From: Gemmatimonadales bacterium
Lineage (GTDB): Bacteria > Gemmatimonadota > Gemmatimonadetes > Gemmatimonadales > GWC2-71-9
Direction: 5' to 3'
Length of the DNA stretch: 64,000 bases
Assembly (NCBI GenBank): GCA_041577295.1
Contig: JBFGJG010000013.1
Span: forward strand, 1 to 64,000
The notes under the pieces are model-generated. The model saw nothing but the letters and a program-made list of their open reading frames with translations. It was not told the DNA's origin and did no database searches. This document shows positions 1-10,629 of this stretch, one piece after another. A program made the translations under genes and the position numbers. How positions within the stretch are numbered: the first letter of the stretch is position 1; every line of letters begins with the position of its first letter.

Positions 1-25
1 GCCGGGGGTGCGGGCGGCCGTTTCT

Positions 26-970
26 TCATGCGCAGGCTACTTCGGCGTCATCCGGGCCCGCGACCGCCCGGCTCACCACCTGAATCCGCGTGACCACCCA
101 TTCACCTGCCTCATTCTCAGGACCGATCACCACGAGGCGGTTGTCACCCTCGATGAGTGCGCCCAGGATGCGTGGCGAGAGTTCGACGTGAACGTCGAAG
201 CATCCGTTGGGAGGTCGCACAGCGGCGACGAGCGTCCGGATCGGCACTTCCTCTCGCGACGGATAAACGGCGTATCCGTCCTTCTGCCGCAGCGAGGAGC
301 CGCCTTTGATGCCACGGTCTTCCGGGACACCGAGGAGCGCCAATGCCCCCTCGGCGTTCTGCGGAGACACCCCCACGCGGAGCCCCTGCCACGAGCGATT
401 GGGAACGCTGAAAGTGACCGCGTACACTTGGCCGTTGAGCGCGTCGATCACGAGATCGGTCCCGTAGGAGTAGCGGGCCAGCGAGGGTGCCGCCGGGTGC
501 GACGTGGGGGTTCGCGTGCCCAGCACCGCAAAGACGTTGCTGATGGGCGTGTTGGGCTCAATAGGCAGCGGTAAGACGGATCCGCCGTATGGGACCGGGT
601 GGGGGTCTGCGATGAACTGTGGTCCGCCGAGAACTGCCATGATGACGATGAGCAGCACAATGACCACGACCCCGCCGAGAATGGTCCGCGGTCGACCGGC
701 TTGCCACAGAAGCTCTTCCAACCGGTTGCCCCGGATGGTGGGAGGTTTCGGTTGGGTGGTCACGGGCGGACCAGGGGCGGTCGCGGAGGACATCTGCTGT
801 CCCGCCTTGGCGTCGGGTGCCGCTTGCTCGGACTTTCGCGTCGCCCGGGCGAGCTCCTGCATGATCGAGGCTTGTCCGCCACCCTCGCGTTCCCGAGCGC
901 ACGCCGGGCATCCACGAGGGTTCTCGTCGTTGTAAGGGATCCTGTGCGTCGGACAGCGGACGAGTGTCAT
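26..970 (-). CDS. Hypothetical membrane-anchored protein with N-terminal Zn-finger-like motif
   Basis: 314 aa; CPTH-x12-CPAC at the N-terminus, Pro/Ala linker, one hydrophobic helix (ILGGVVVIVLLIVIMAVLGG), C-terminal soluble domain; starts 8 nt after the dcd stop. Confidence 0.7.
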   Translation of the reverse strand: MTLVRCPTHRIPYNDENPRGCPACAREREGGGQASIMQELARATRKSEQAAPDAKAGQQMSSATAPGPPVTTQPKPPTIRGNRLEELLWQAGRPRTILGGVVVIVLLIVIMAVLGGPQFIADPHPVPYGGSVLPLPIEPNTPISNVFAVLGTRTPTSHPAAPSLARYSYGTDLVIDALNGQVYAVTFSVPNRSWQGLRVGVSPQNAEGALALLGVPEDRGIKGGSSLRQKDGYAVYPSREEVPIRTLVAAVRPPNGCFDVHVELSPRILGALIEGDNRLVVIGPENEAGEWVVTRIQVVSRAVAGPDDAEVACA

Positions 971-978
971 GCCGAAAC

Positions 979-1539
979 TCAGATCTTTGGCAGGGTCACC
1001 CCCTGCTGCGCCTGGTACTTGCCCCGCTTATCCGCGTACGACACCGCGCACACGTCATCGCGGTCAGCCTCGAAAAATAATACCTGGGCGATTCCCTCAT
1101 TGGCGTAGATCTTGGCGGGGAGGGGTGTGGTGTTGGAGATCTCCAGTGTCACAAATCCCTCCCACTCGGGCTCGAACGGCGTGACGTTGGTGATGATTCC
1201 ACACCGAGCGTAGGTGCTCTTTCCGACGCAGATGGTGAGGACTTCGCGGGGGATCCGGAAGTATTCGACTGATCGTGCAAGGGCGAACGAATTTGGTGGG
1301 ATGATGCAGTGATCACCCTCGACCTCGACGAAGGAGTTGGGGTCGAACGCTTTTGGGTCGACGACGGGCGAGTGGACGTTGGTAAAGATCCGAAACTCGC
1401 GGGCGACCCGCATGTCGTAGCCGTATGAGGAGACGCCGTAGCTGATCACTCCCTGGCGGACTTGAGCGTCGGCAAACGGCTCGATCATGCCGTGGTGCTC
1501 GGCCATCCGTCGAATCCAGCGGTCGGATTTAATGGACAT
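979..1539 (-). CDS. dcd: dCTP deaminase
   Basis: [12 protein letters not shown] start, [31 protein letters not shown] motifs; start trimmed to ATG 1539. Confidence 0.96.
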   Translation of the reverse strand: MSIKSDRWIRRMAEHHGMIEPFADAQVRQGVISYGVSSYGYDMRVAREFRIFTNVHSPVVDPKAFDPNSFVEVEGDHCIIPPNSFALARSVEYFRIPREVLTICVGKSTYARCGIITNVTPFEPEWEGFVTLEISNTTPLPAKIYANEGIAQVLFFEADRDDVCAVSYADKRGKYQAQQGVTLPKI

Positions 1540-1671
1540 GGAGGGTCGGTTCACTCCGCATGTTCGTGGTAGAGGCTGCGCGATTCCGTGACGTATATCG
1601 CGGTGGAACACTCTTGCCGGGTGCGGCGCCTAAAGATACGAGGCCTTAGCCATTGCGCCACTTGAGTTTGC

Positions 1672-1701
1672 TTGACACCCAATCTCACCCTTGGGTAATT
1701 T
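1672..1701 (+). promoter_or_regulatory. Sigma70-type promoter of the nuo operon
   Basis: TTGACA (1672-1677), 18-nt spacer, TAATTT (1696-1701); GGAGG SD before the nuoA ATG. Confidence 0.6.
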
Positions 1702-1714
1702 CCTTTCGCCGGAC

Positions 1715-1732
1715 TAGTGAAATTTTTCACGA
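1715..1732. promoter_or_regulatory. Rex-like operator
   Basis: TAGTGAA-ATTT-TTCACGA matches 12 of 14 fixed positions of TTGTGAA-N4-TTCACAA; lies between the promoter and the nuoA SD. Confidence 0.7.
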
Positions 1733-1744
1733 GCGCGGAGGCGC

Positions 1745-2101
1745 ATGCTCCAGGAGTACGTTCCACTCCTACTGCTCATTGGGTTCGTGGTCGCCAACGC
1801 GATCGGTATGCTGGTCGTGTCCGTTCTGGTATCTCCCCAGCGACCCACCCTTATAAAAGCCGCTCCGTATGAGTCCGGCATGCCGCCGCTCGGGGGGACC
1901 CGCGAGCGCTTTAGTGTGAAGTTCTACATGGTGGCGATGCTGTTCATCGTGTTCGATATCGAGACCGTGTTCATGATCCCATGGGGAGTGGCGTTTCGCG
2001 ACCTCGGCCTGTTCGGGCTCATTGAGATGCTCGTGTTCATGGTGATTCTGTTTGTGGGATACATCTACGCCTGGAAGAGGGGGGCGCTCGAATGGGATTG
2101 A
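1745..2101 (+). CDS. nuoA: NADH-quinone oxidoreductase subunit A
   Basis: [27 protein letters not shown]. Confidence 0.97.
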   Translation: MLQEYVPLLLLIGFVVANAIGMLVVSVLVSPQRPTLIKAAPYESGMPPLGGTRERFSVKFYMVAMLFIVFDIETVFMIPWGVAFRDLGLFGLIEMLVFMVILFVGYIYAWKRGALEWD

Positions 2102-2733
2102 TCCGGAAATCGCCGGATGCCGGCGTTCCATCGGGATCGGGTGGTCGCAGCGTGGTTTCGCCCGTCTCCCCCAACTGGCTCACGACTAGGCTCGATTTTC
2201 TGGTGAACTGGGCTCGGGCAAACAGCCTCTGGCCCATGCCCTTCGGGACCGCGTGCTGCGCCATTGAGTTCATGGCAACCGCCGCCGGCAGGTTCGACCT
2301 CGCGCGCTTCGGGATGGAGCGCATGAGCTTTTCACCGCGCCAGGCGGACGTGCTGATCTGCGCGGGTCGACTCCCGTTCAAGCTCGCTCCCGTCATTCGG
2401 CGTATCTACGATCAGATGCCGCAGCCCAAGTGGGTGATCTCAATGGGTGCGTGTGCGTCTTCGGGCGGAATTTTCGATAATTATGCGATGGTGCAGGGGA
2501 TCGACACGGTGGTTCCGGTTGACGTCTATGTACCCGGTTGTCCGCCGCGCCCCGAGGGGTTGCTCTACGGTATTCTCCTGCTCCAAAAGAAGGTGAAGGC
2601 GGAGACGCTCGCCGATTCGACGATTCGTGATGAGCACCCCATCGATCGGGGCGGCCTGCGGATCCCACCGAGACTCATCGACGAGCTGTCCGAGCCATTT
2701 GGCAACTCCATTCATCAAACGCGGTCGGCATAG
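2092..2733 (+). CDS. nuoB: NADH-quinone oxidoreductase subunit B
   Basis: [29 protein letters not shown] (N2 cluster ligands). Confidence 0.97.
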   Translation: MGLIRKSPDAGVPSGSGGRSVVSPVSPNWLTTRLDFLVNWARANSLWPMPFGTACCAIEFMATAAGRFDLARFGMERMSFSPRQADVLICAGRLPFKLAPVIRRIYDQMPQPKWVISMGACASSGGIFDNYAMVQGIDTVVPVDVYVPGCPPRPEGLLYGILLLQKKVKAETLADSTIRDEHPIDRGGLRIPPRLIDELSEPFGNSIHQTRSA

Positions 2734-2740
2734 CGAACCG

Positions 2741-3379
2741 GTGAATCCATCGGTCGAGGTGCTGCGGCGCGAGTTCGGCGGTACGATCGGGCGCGCTTTC
2801 GAGTCGTGTGGGGCGACCGTCGTCTACGTCGACCCCGCCAGCATCCGGGAGGTCCTGGGCTGGCTCCGGGATGCTGGGGAGCACGCGTACGACTACCTCG
2901 TCGACCTGACCGCGGTCGAGTATCGCGATCCCGAGCGTCCGCTCGAGGTGGTCTACATGCTGCGATCGCTGAGCCGTCGCGAGGAGTTGCGAGTCAAGGC
3001 GGAGCTTTCCAAGTCGGCACCCCTCGAAATCGATTCGGTCGTACCGTTGTGGCGCGGTGCGGACTGGATGGAGCGTGAGGTCTACGACATGTTCGGCGTC
3101 ACGTTCCGGGGTCACCCGGATCTCCGACGGATTCTCATGTGGGAGACGTATGCGGAAGGGTACCCGCTCCGCAAAGACTTCCCGCTGCGGGGTAGGTTCT
3201 CACGCTCAGAACAGGTTCGCCAAGCACTGAACGCCAACCCCGAAGCGCACTACTCGATGGAAGAGCTCTCGATTTTTGGTGCGCAGCACGATCTTCCCAT
3301 GGACATGCGAGAGCGCCTGGCGCGCGGCGCGCGAGCCGATGTGCCGGAGCTGGTGGATGAGGACGAGGATGAGCAATAA
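2741..3379 (+). CDS. nuoC: NADH-quinone oxidoreductase subunit C
   Basis: EREVYDMFGVTFRGHPDLRRIL, PLRKDFPL; start set at GTG 2741. Confidence 0.95.
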   Translation: MNPSVEVLRREFGGTIGRAFESCGATVVYVDPASIREVLGWLRDAGEHAYDYLVDLTAVEYRDPERPLEVVYMLRSLSRREELRVKAELSKSAPLEIDSVVPLWRGADWMEREVYDMFGVTFRGHPDLRRILMWETYAEGYPLRKDFPLRGRFSRSEQVRQALNANPEAHYSMEELSIFGAQHDLPMDMRERLARGARADVPELVDEDEDEQ

Positions 3380-4655
3380 GCGCACTGTGGAGTTGGGAGT
3401 GGCGACGACGGGCGTCGACGCGTTGGGTCAACCCATTCGCGTACCACTTGGTGTGGCGGCAGAGGAGCGTACGTCCGAGCCGGACTTCAACGCGGAGCAC
3501 ATGTTGGTCAACGTGGGTCCGCAGCACCCGGCAACCCACGGCGTGCTCCGACTGGTGGTGGAGCTGGACGGCGAGGTAGTGGTGCGGGTGATCCCGCATG
3601 TGGGATATCTGCACTCGGGGTTCGAGAAGCTGGGTGAGTACCGCCACTACAATCAGATCATCCCGCTCACGGACCGCACGGACTACCTGGCCCCGATGGC
3701 CAACAACGTGGCGTTTGCACTTGCCGCCGAAAAGCTCATGGGGATCGCGGTCACGGAGCGGTGCAAGGTACTCCGCGTCATCGCGTGCGAGATGAGCCGT
3801 ATCATCTCGCACCTCGTCTGGCTCGGCACGACAGCCATCGACATCGGCGCGTTCACACCGTTCCTGTGGACGTTTTACGAGCGCGAGCGAATCTACAACC
3901 TGCAGGAGATGTGGACCGGGGCACGGCTCACCACCAGCATGACCCGTGTCGGCGGCCTGATGGCGGACATCCCCGATGGGTTCACCGGTGGACTCCGAGC
4001 CTCGTGTGGCACGCTGTCCAAGACGTTGGACGAAGTCGAGAAACTGCTCAGCCGAAACGCCATTTGGTGTGCGCGCACCCAGGGCATCGGTGTGTTGACC
4101 GCGGAGGAGGCCATCAACTATTCGCTCTCCGGCCCGATGTTGCGCGCGAGTGGTGTTGCGTACGACGTGCGCAAAGATCGCCCATACCTCGACTACGAGA
4201 CCTACGACTTTGACGTCCCGATCGGCGAGCACGGGGATGTTTACGATCGCTACCTCGTTCGGTTTGAAGAGATCCGTCAGTCCATTCGGATCCTCGAGCA
4301 GGCGCTCGACCGTTTACCAGACGGTCCCATCAACGTCGCGGATCCACGCGTGATCCTTCCGCCAAAGTCGGCCGCCATGAACGACATGGAGGCCATGATC
4401 TTCCATTTCAAGCAAGTGATGGAAGGTGTGCCGGCGCCGGTGGGTGAGGTGTATGTGGCGATCGAGAACGGGAAGGGCGAGCAGGGCAACTACCTCGTGT
4501 CCGACGGGACGGCCAAGCCGGTTCGCTGGCGCATCCGGCCACCGTCGTTCATCAATCTGGCGTCGCTTCCCAAGATGGCCGAAGGGCATCTCTTCTCCGA
4601 TTTGATCGCGATCAACGCCAGCGTGGATATCGTCATGGGCGAGGTCGATCGATGA
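3369..4655 (+). CDS. nuoD: NADH-quinone oxidoreductase subunit D
   Basis: GPQHPATHGVLRL, GYLHSGFEK, C-terminal DIVMGEVDR; start ATG 3369. Confidence 0.97.
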   Translation: MSNKRTVELGVATTGVDALGQPIRVPLGVAAEERTSEPDFNAEHMLVNVGPQHPATHGVLRLVVELDGEVVVRVIPHVGYLHSGFEKLGEYRHYNQIIPLTDRTDYLAPMANNVAFALAAEKLMGIAVTERCKVLRVIACEMSRIISHLVWLGTTAIDIGAFTPFLWTFYERERIYNLQEMWTGARLTTSMTRVGGLMADIPDGFTGGLRASCGTLSKTLDEVEKLLSRNAIWCARTQGIGVLTAEEAINYSLSGPMLRASGVAYDVRKDRPYLDYETYDFDVPIGEHGDVYDRYLVRFEEIRQSIRILEQALDRLPDGPINVADPRVILPPKSAAMNDMEAMIFHFKQVMEGVPAPVGEVYVAIENGKGEQGNYLVSDGTAKPVRWRIRPPSFINLASLPKMAEGHLFSDLIAINASVDIVMGEVDR

Positions 4656-4668
4656 CCGCGCAACGGTG

Positions 4669-5163
4669 ATGCACGAAGCCACTGCGTACGAGCCGGTGTT
4701 TACGGGCCAGCGTCGCGACGAGCTGAACCGAGTCCTTGAGCGCTATCCCACCAAGCATGCGGCGCTCCTGCCAGCCCTGTGGATGGTGCAGCGTGCGCAC
4801 GGCTGGATTTCGGACGATGCCATGGCGGAGGTGGCGGAGGTACTCGAGCTCACCCCGGCCTACGTGAAGGGCGTGGTCACGTTCTACACGATGTACCATC
4901 AGCACCCGGTGGGCGACAACTTCGTGCAAATCTGTACCACGACACCCTGCAATCTGTGCGGGGCCGAGGACGTCGTGCGCGCGTTTCTGGAGCACACGGG
5001 CTGTGGAGAGCTTGGGGCCACGTCTCCGGACGGAAAGTTCACGGTGATCGAGGTCGAATGTCTCGGTGCATGCGGCTTCGCGACGCCCGTCCTCGTCAAC
5101 GACGACTTTCTCGAGGATGTAACACCGGAAAAGGTTCCGGAGATCGTGAACAAGTATCGATGA
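4669..5163 (+). CDS. nuoE: NADH-quinone oxidoreductase subunit E
   Basis: CTTTPC...ECLGAC 2Fe-2S ligands, VVTFYTMY. Confidence 0.96.
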   Translation: MHEATAYEPVFTGQRRDELNRVLERYPTKHAALLPALWMVQRAHGWISDDAMAEVAEVLELTPAYVKGVVTFYTMYHQHPVGDNFVQICTTTPCNLCGAEDVVRAFLEHTGCGELGATSPDGKFTVIEVECLGACGFATPVLVNDDFLEDVTPEKVPEIVNKYR

Positions 5164-5203
5164 GAATGCGTGGAGGCTACGGCGGGGAAGGAACGGGTCG
5201 CTG

Positions 5204-6511
5204 ATGGGTTACCCACAGAAGCCACACCCCAAGGAAACACCAATCCTGAGCCAGCACTTCGGCGAAGCCGATGCACGTACCTACGAAGGATGGGTGAAGC
5301 GGGGCGGGTACAAGGCGTTACAGCAGGCACTGACGATGACGCCGGCCGAGGTCATCGATGTGGTCAAGTCGTCAGGACTGCGCGGTCGAGGGGGAGCCGG
5401 GTTCCCCACGGGGCTCAAGTGGTCGTTCATGCCGAAGGAGAAGAGCAAGCCTCACTACCTCTGCTGTAACGCGGACGAGTCGGAGCCCGGGACTTTCAAG
5501 GATCGCGAGATCATGCGGTGGACGCCCCACCAACTGATCGAAGGGTGTGCCATCGCCCAGTATGCGATCCAGGCGGAGATCACCTACATCTACATTCGCG
5601 GCGAGTTCACCGATCCACTCGAGATCATGGAGCGCGCGCTCGCGGAGGCCTATGCCAAAGGGGTGCTCGGCCGCAACGCAATGGGTACCGGCAAGCGCCT
5701 CGACATGTACATCCACCGGGGAGCAGGGGCGTACATCTGCGGTGAGGAGACCGCGCTCATGAACTCGATCGAAGGCAAGCGCGGCAACCCACGAGTCAAA
5801 CCACCGTTTCCGGCGGCGTATGGTGTCTTTGGCATGCCCACCACGATCAACAACGTGGAGACGTTGGCCGCGGTGCCCCACATCCTGAACCGGGGTGCCG
5901 AGTGGTACAAGAACATGTCGCGGTCGAGCCCCAAGAGCACCGGGACCAAGCTGTACAGCGTCTGCGGCCACGTCGAGCGCCCTGGGAATTACGAAGTGGA
6001 GATGGGATTCCCGCTGGGCGAGTTGCTGTACGAATTGTGTGGTGGCATGCGCAATGGGCGCACACTCAAGGCGTGCATCCCCGGTGGGTCATCGGTCCCA
6101 ATCCTGACGCGAGGAGAAACCGAGGGCTGTATCCTCGATTACGAAGGGGTCGTCGAAGCCGGGTCGATGCTCGGTTCCGGTGGTGTGATTGTCTTCGACG
6201 ACAGCGCGGACATGGTCTATCAGATCATGCGGCTGGCACGGTTCTATGCCCACGAGTCGTGTGCCCAATGCACCCAGTGTCGCGAGGGGACGGCGTGGAC
6301 GGTGCGGATTCTCGAACGCATTCTCGCTGGTGAGGGCGAGATGCGCGATCTGGACCTTCTCATCGATCTCGGGGAGCAGATGACCGGGAAGACGATTTGC
6401 GTTTTGAGCGATTCGTGTGCCGCGCCCGTCGTCAGCGGGATCAAAAAGTTCCGCCACGAGTTCGAAGCGTACATTTCCGGCGCCAAGCGGCGGGCGGTGG
6501 CCCTTGTCTGA
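5204..6511 (+). CDS. nuoF: NADH-quinone oxidoreductase subunit F
   Basis: GLRGRGGAGFPTGLKW, NADESEPGTFKDR, YICGEETAL, ESCAQCTQCREG. Confidence 0.97.
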   Translation: MGYPQKPHPKETPILSQHFGEADARTYEGWVKRGGYKALQQALTMTPAEVIDVVKSSGLRGRGGAGFPTGLKWSFMPKEKSKPHYLCCNADESEPGTFKDREIMRWTPHQLIEGCAIAQYAIQAEITYIYIRGEFTDPLEIMERALAEAYAKGVLGRNAMGTGKRLDMYIHRGAGAYICGEETALMNSIEGKRGNPRVKPPFPAAYGVFGMPTTINNVETLAAVPHILNRGAEWYKNMSRSSPKSTGTKLYSVCGHVERPGNYEVEMGFPLGELLYELCGGMRNGRTLKACIPGGSSVPILTRGETEGCILDYEGVVEAGSMLGSGGVIVFDDSADMVYQIMRLARFYAHESCAQCTQCREGTAWTVRILERILAGEGEMRDLDLLIDLGEQMTGKTICVLSDSCAAPVVSGIKKFRHEFEAYISGAKRRAVALV

Positions 6512-8102
6512 TAACCCGACGCAGCAACAGCTCGTTACCCTCACCATCGAAGGTGCCGAGGTGTCCGTGCCCAAAGGCACGACCATTCTCGAAGCGGCGA
6601 AGCAGGCCGGTGTGCTGATTCCGCACTACTGCTACCATCCGGGGCTCCCGATCGCTGGTGTGTGCCGCATGTGTCTCGTGGACGTCGAGGGCATGCCAAA
6701 GCTGCAGATTGGGTGTCAGGCGCAGGTGGCGGAGGGTCAGGTCGTGCGCGTTTCCGCAGAAGAGGCGCGCAAGGCGCGTGAGAGTGTACTCGAGTTTCTG
6801 CTGATCAACCATCCGCTCGACTGCCCGATCTGCGATCAGGCGGGTGAGTGTGAGCTGCAGGACTTCGTGTTCCAGGAGGGTCGGCCACGGACCCGCTACA
6901 CGCCCGCGTTTCCCAAGCGATTCAACCCGGCCGAAGATTTTGGTGGGGACGTCATCTACGTCCCCAACCGCTGCATCCTTTGCACGCGGTGTGTCCGTTT
7001 CATGGATGACGTCGCCGGTGATCCCATCCTGAACGTGAGCGAGCGCGGCGATCGGGCGTTCATCGGGATCCATCCAGATCGCGAGCTAGATCATCCATGG
7101 GCGGGCAACGTGGTGGACCTCTGTCCAGTAGGTGCGTTGCTCTCCAAGGACTTCTTGCACAAGGCACGTGCGTGGGAGTTGGACAAGACCGCCAGTGTGT
7201 GTACGGGTTGCTCGCAGGGGTGCAACATCAACATCGACACACGAAACAACGTGGTGGTGCGGCTCCGTCCACGAGCCAATCTCGCCGTCAATCAGTATTT
7301 CATCTGCGATTACGGTCGCCTCAATTACCGCTGGATGAACCGGGGCGATCGCATCGAAGCGCCACTGGTGCAGCACGGAGACGAGTTGATTGCCACGGAC
7401 TGGGATCATGCGCTCGCGGCGGCCGCGTCGAATATCAAGGGCTCGAGTGGACGGGCGCTCGTGCTGGCGTCACCGGGTGCATCCTGCGAGGCCCTCTTCC
7501 TGACCAAGCAAGCGTTGTCAGGGCACACGGTCGAGCAAGTGTTCCGCGTGGATCGGGTAGGCGAGGAAGCACCACTCGACAGCGTTCCCAATCTGGCGCT
7601 GCGGCCGGAGCGGGCCCCAAACGTCATGGGGGCGGCGCTGCTAGGGTATCGCGAAGTGACCGCTGAAACGCTCTCGTCCTACGACGATGTGTCGGTGCTT
7701 TTCGTGCTTGAGGACGATCTCTCGGACATCGATCCCAAACTGCTCGAGCGCGTCGGTACGCTGGTCTATTTGGGGACGGTGCTCCCCGAGTTGGCGCGTG
7801 GCGCGCAGGTCGTGCTGCCGATTGCCAACGTGGCCGAGGAGGATGGCACATTCGTCAGCCGCGATCGCCGGGTGCAGCGCTACCATCAGGCCAAGGCGGC
7901 GCCCGGCATGGCGCGGCCCGGGTGGTGGGTGCTCTCCGAGTTGGTCCGGGAGTTGGGTACGGGAGAGCCGTGCGCCGATGCGGCTGAGGCGTTCGCGGTG
8001 CTGGCAGAGACGGAGTCGGTGTTTGGCGGGTTGACCTACCGGGGCATCGGGTATCACGGCGTTGCGCTCGATGCGCGTACGCCCGCGGGAGTGGGTGGAT
8101 GA
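6504..8102 (+). CDS. nuoG: NADH-quinone oxidoreductase subunit G (short form)
   Basis: CYHPGL..CRMC, HPLDCPICDQAGEC, CILCTRC, CTGCSQGC; TTG start overlapping nuoF; about 532 aa. Confidence 0.93.
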   Translation: MSDNPTQQQLVTLTIEGAEVSVPKGTTILEAAKQAGVLIPHYCYHPGLPIAGVCRMCLVDVEGMPKLQIGCQAQVAEGQVVRVSAEEARKARESVLEFLLINHPLDCPICDQAGECELQDFVFQEGRPRTRYTPAFPKRFNPAEDFGGDVIYVPNRCILCTRCVRFMDDVAGDPILNVSERGDRAFIGIHPDRELDHPWAGNVVDLCPVGALLSKDFLHKARAWELDKTASVCTGCSQGCNINIDTRNNVVVRLRPRANLAVNQYFICDYGRLNYRWMNRGDRIEAPLVQHGDELIATDWDHALAAAASNIKGSSGRALVLASPGASCEALFLTKQALSGHTVEQVFRVDRVGEEAPLDSVPNLALRPERAPNVMGAALLGYREVTAETLSSYDDVSVLFVLEDDLSDIDPKLLERVGTLVYLGTVLPELARGAQVVLPIANVAEEDGTFVSRDRRVQRYHQAKAAPGMARPGWWVLSELVRELGTGEPCADAAEAFAVLAETESVFGGLTYRGIGYHGVALDARTPAGVGG

Positions 8103-9310
8103 CTCCCGAGCTCAAGGGCTTTCTCCTACTAGCGATCCTCCGCATTCTCGTCATCTTCACCGCGCTCAACGTCGGCGTCATGCTCGTGATCTGGGCAGAA
8201 CGGCGGGTCAGCGGGTTCATGCAGGATCGACTGGGCCCAAATCGGGTGGGGCCCGCCGGCCTGTTGCAGTCGGTGGCGGATGGGGTCAAGAACTTCATGA
8301 AGGAGGAGACGTTTCCGACACAGGCGGAGCGCGTCATCTTCATCTTGGCGCCCGCCATGTCGTTCGTTCCGGCGCTCTTACTGTTCGCGGTGATCCCCAT
8401 TGCCGCGCCGCTGCCGATCGCGTTTGACGTCTCGCTTCCCGTCCTGGGACGATTCGTCTACGACGGGGCGATGCCGATGGTCATTGCGGATCTGCCCATT
8501 GGCTTCTTACTGATCTTAGCCATCTCGAGCCTCGGTGTTTACGGCATCGTGTTGGCGGGGTGGTCGTCCAACAGCAAATACGCGTTTCTTGGCGGACTCC
8601 GCGCCAGCGCGCAGATGATCAGCTACGAGATCGCGCTGGGGTTGAGCGTGGTGGTGGTACTGATCCTCGCCGGCAACGTTACCCTCAGCGCCGTGATCGC
8701 GGCGCAACAACAGTCGGTCTGGTTCGTCGTGGCTCTCACCCTCGGATTCGTTCTCTTCGCGATCTCAGCGCTCGCTGAGACCAACCGGTTGCCGTTCGAT
8801 CTTCCGGAAGCCGAAGCCGAGCTGATTTCCGGCTACCACACTGAATACAGCTCCATGAAGTTCTCGTTCTTCTTCATCGCGGAGTACTCAGCACTGATCA
8901 CGATGTCCGCACTGATGACCACGCTGTTCTTTGGAGGCTGGGATATCCCGTTTACGACCTGGGATGAGGGCGAGCCAAGCGTGCTGAAATCGCTCGCGAC
9001 CCTTGGTGCGTTCACGGTGAAGACGATGTTCTTCATCTTTTCCTACATTTGGGTTCGGTGGACCCTCCCACGCTTCCGGTATGATCAACTGATGGCACTC
9101 GGGTGGAAGTTCATGTTGCCCACGGCGCTGGGATACATCCTCGTCGTGGCCACCGTGGTCTGGGTGCTCGACACGTATCGACTGGAATTCGGAGTGGCCT
9201 ATGGGGCCGTGCTCTTCGCGGTCAACGCCGGGTTGCTCTACGTAATCTTCTGGGTGGTCGATCGCGGGCGGTTGTTTGGGGGGACCATTCGGCAGCGAGG
9301 GGAGGTCTGA
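8099..9310 (+). CDS. nuoH: NADH-quinone oxidoreductase subunit H
   Basis: ERR..QDRLGPNRVG, AQMISYE, ETNRLPFDLPEAE, PRFRYDQLM. Confidence 0.97.
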   Translation: MTPELKGFLLLAILRILVIFTALNVGVMLVIWAERRVSGFMQDRLGPNRVGPAGLLQSVADGVKNFMKEETFPTQAERVIFILAPAMSFVPALLLFAVIPIAAPLPIAFDVSLPVLGRFVYDGAMPMVIADLPIGFLLILAISSLGVYGIVLAGWSSNSKYAFLGGLRASAQMISYEIALGLSVVVVLILAGNVTLSAVIAAQQQSVWFVVALTLGFVLFAISALAETNRLPFDLPEAEAELISGYHTEYSSMKFSFFFIAEYSALITMSALMTTLFFGGWDIPFTTWDEGEPSVLKSLATLGAFTVKTMFFIFSYIWVRWTLPRFRYDQLMALGWKFMLPTALGYILVVATVVWVLDTYRLEFGVAYGAVLFAVNAGLLYVIFWVVDRGRLFGGTIRQRGEV

Positions 9311-9816
9311 TGCCGATCGGCGTCAAGGTGATGCGACGCCCCGAGCGCGACGTGAGCTATCTCCGGTCGGCGCTCAAGGGGATGGCATTGACCTTCAGCC
9401 ACCTCTTCCGGCCGAAGGTCACCATGGAGTATCCCGAAGAGAAGTCCACCGACGATTGGAGCATCTCGCCCCGCTGGCGTGGGACGCACCGCATGCTCAC
9501 CGACGAGCAGGGTCGGGCCAAATGCGTCGCCTGCGGACTCTGCCCGCAGATCTGTCCCGCGAACTGCATCAAGTTGGTGCCTGGTGAGGACGAGGAGGGA
9601 CACCGGTACCCGCTGATCTACGAGATCGACGAGTTTCGCTGCGTCTTTTGCGGTTACTGCCAGGAGGTGTGCCCGGAGGAAGCGATCCACGTTGGTGTGC
9701 ACTACGAGAACTCGGAGTACGACCGCAGTCGGTTTGTCTACGACCTCGAGCGGTTGTGCGCCCAAACCCATCCCGTCTCGACATTGTGGGATCCGTCGGA
9801 TCCCGCCGGTGAATGA
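9310..9816 (+). CDS. nuoI: NADH-quinone oxidoreductase subunit I
   Basis: Two CxxCxxCxxxCP motifs; ATG overlaps the nuoH stop. Confidence 0.96.
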   Translation: MPIGVKVMRRPERDVSYLRSALKGMALTFSHLFRPKVTMEYPEEKSTDDWSISPRWRGTHRMLTDEQGRAKCVACGLCPQICPANCIKLVPGEDEEGHRYPLIYEIDEFRCVFCGYCQEVCPEEAIHVGVHYENSEYDRSRFVYDLERLCAQTHPVSTLWDPSDPAGE

Positions 9817-10333
9817 CGTGACCCAGTTCGTCTTCTGGTTCTTTGCGGTCGTCGCCATCCTGTCTGCCTTCCTGTGTATTACCAGGCGGAGCCCGGTCGC
9901 GAGCGCTCTGTGGCTCGTGAACACGTTGTTCTCCCTGGCAGCGATCTTCGTCCTGCTCGAAGCGCACTTCATCGCCGCGATTCAGGTGTTGGTGTACGCC
10001 GGCGCGATAATGGTGCTGTTTCTGTTCGTCATCATGCTGCTGAACCTCGGGCGCGGTGGGCCGGCCGACATGATCGGGTGGACGGGGAGAGCGGTCATGC
10101 TCGCGATCGGCGGCTTGCTGGCCGCCGAGCTGTGGGTCGTAACTCGTGTCGTCCCAGCGAGCGAGCTCCAGCTGCCAGCCGGTGCGCTCGCCGACATGAC
10201 CCGCGAGGAGGGCGCGGTCCGAGTCATTAGTGACCCCCTGTTCCGCGACTATCTCGTGCCGTTCGAGATCACGTCGATTCTGTTACTTGCCGCCATCGTT
10301 GGCGCCGTAGTGCTCGCGAAACGGAAACTGTGA
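9809..10333 (+). CDS. nuoJ: NADH-quinone oxidoreductase subunit J
   Basis: [30 protein letters not shown]. Confidence 0.95.
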   Translation: MNDVTQFVFWFFAVVAILSAFLCITRRSPVASALWLVNTLFSLAAIFVLLEAHFIAAIQVLVYAGAIMVLFLFVIMLLNLGRGGPADMIGWTGRAVMLAIGGLLAAELWVVTRVVPASELQLPAGALADMTREEGAVRVISDPLFRDYLVPFEITSILLLAAIVGAVVLAKRKL

Positions 10334-10629
10334 TGCTGCTCGGCGAATCGCTCGCGGTTTCCGCGATCCTCTTCAGTCTCGGTGTGGTCGGCGTGCTCGT
10401 TCGACGCAGCGCCATCATCATCTTCATGTGTGTCGAGTTGATGTTGAACGCCGTGAATCTGTCGTTCGTCGCGCTCGCACAGCAGTTGGGGCAGGACGGA
10501 CAGGTCTTCGTGTTCTTTGTGATGGCCGTGGCGGCCGCGGAAGCAGCGGTCGGACTTGCCATCATCATAGGCATCTATCGGCATAAGCCAACCGTCAACG
10601 TCAAACAGATCAACCTGCTCAGGGGATGA
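10333..10629 (+). CDS. nuoK: NADH-quinone oxidoreductase subunit K
   Basis: [19 protein letters not shown]. Confidence 0.96.
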   Translation: MLLGESLAVSAILFSLGVVGVLVRRSAIIIFMCVELMLNAVNLSFVALAQQLGQDGQVFVFFVMAVAAAEAAVGLAIIIGIYRHKPTVNVKQINLLRG

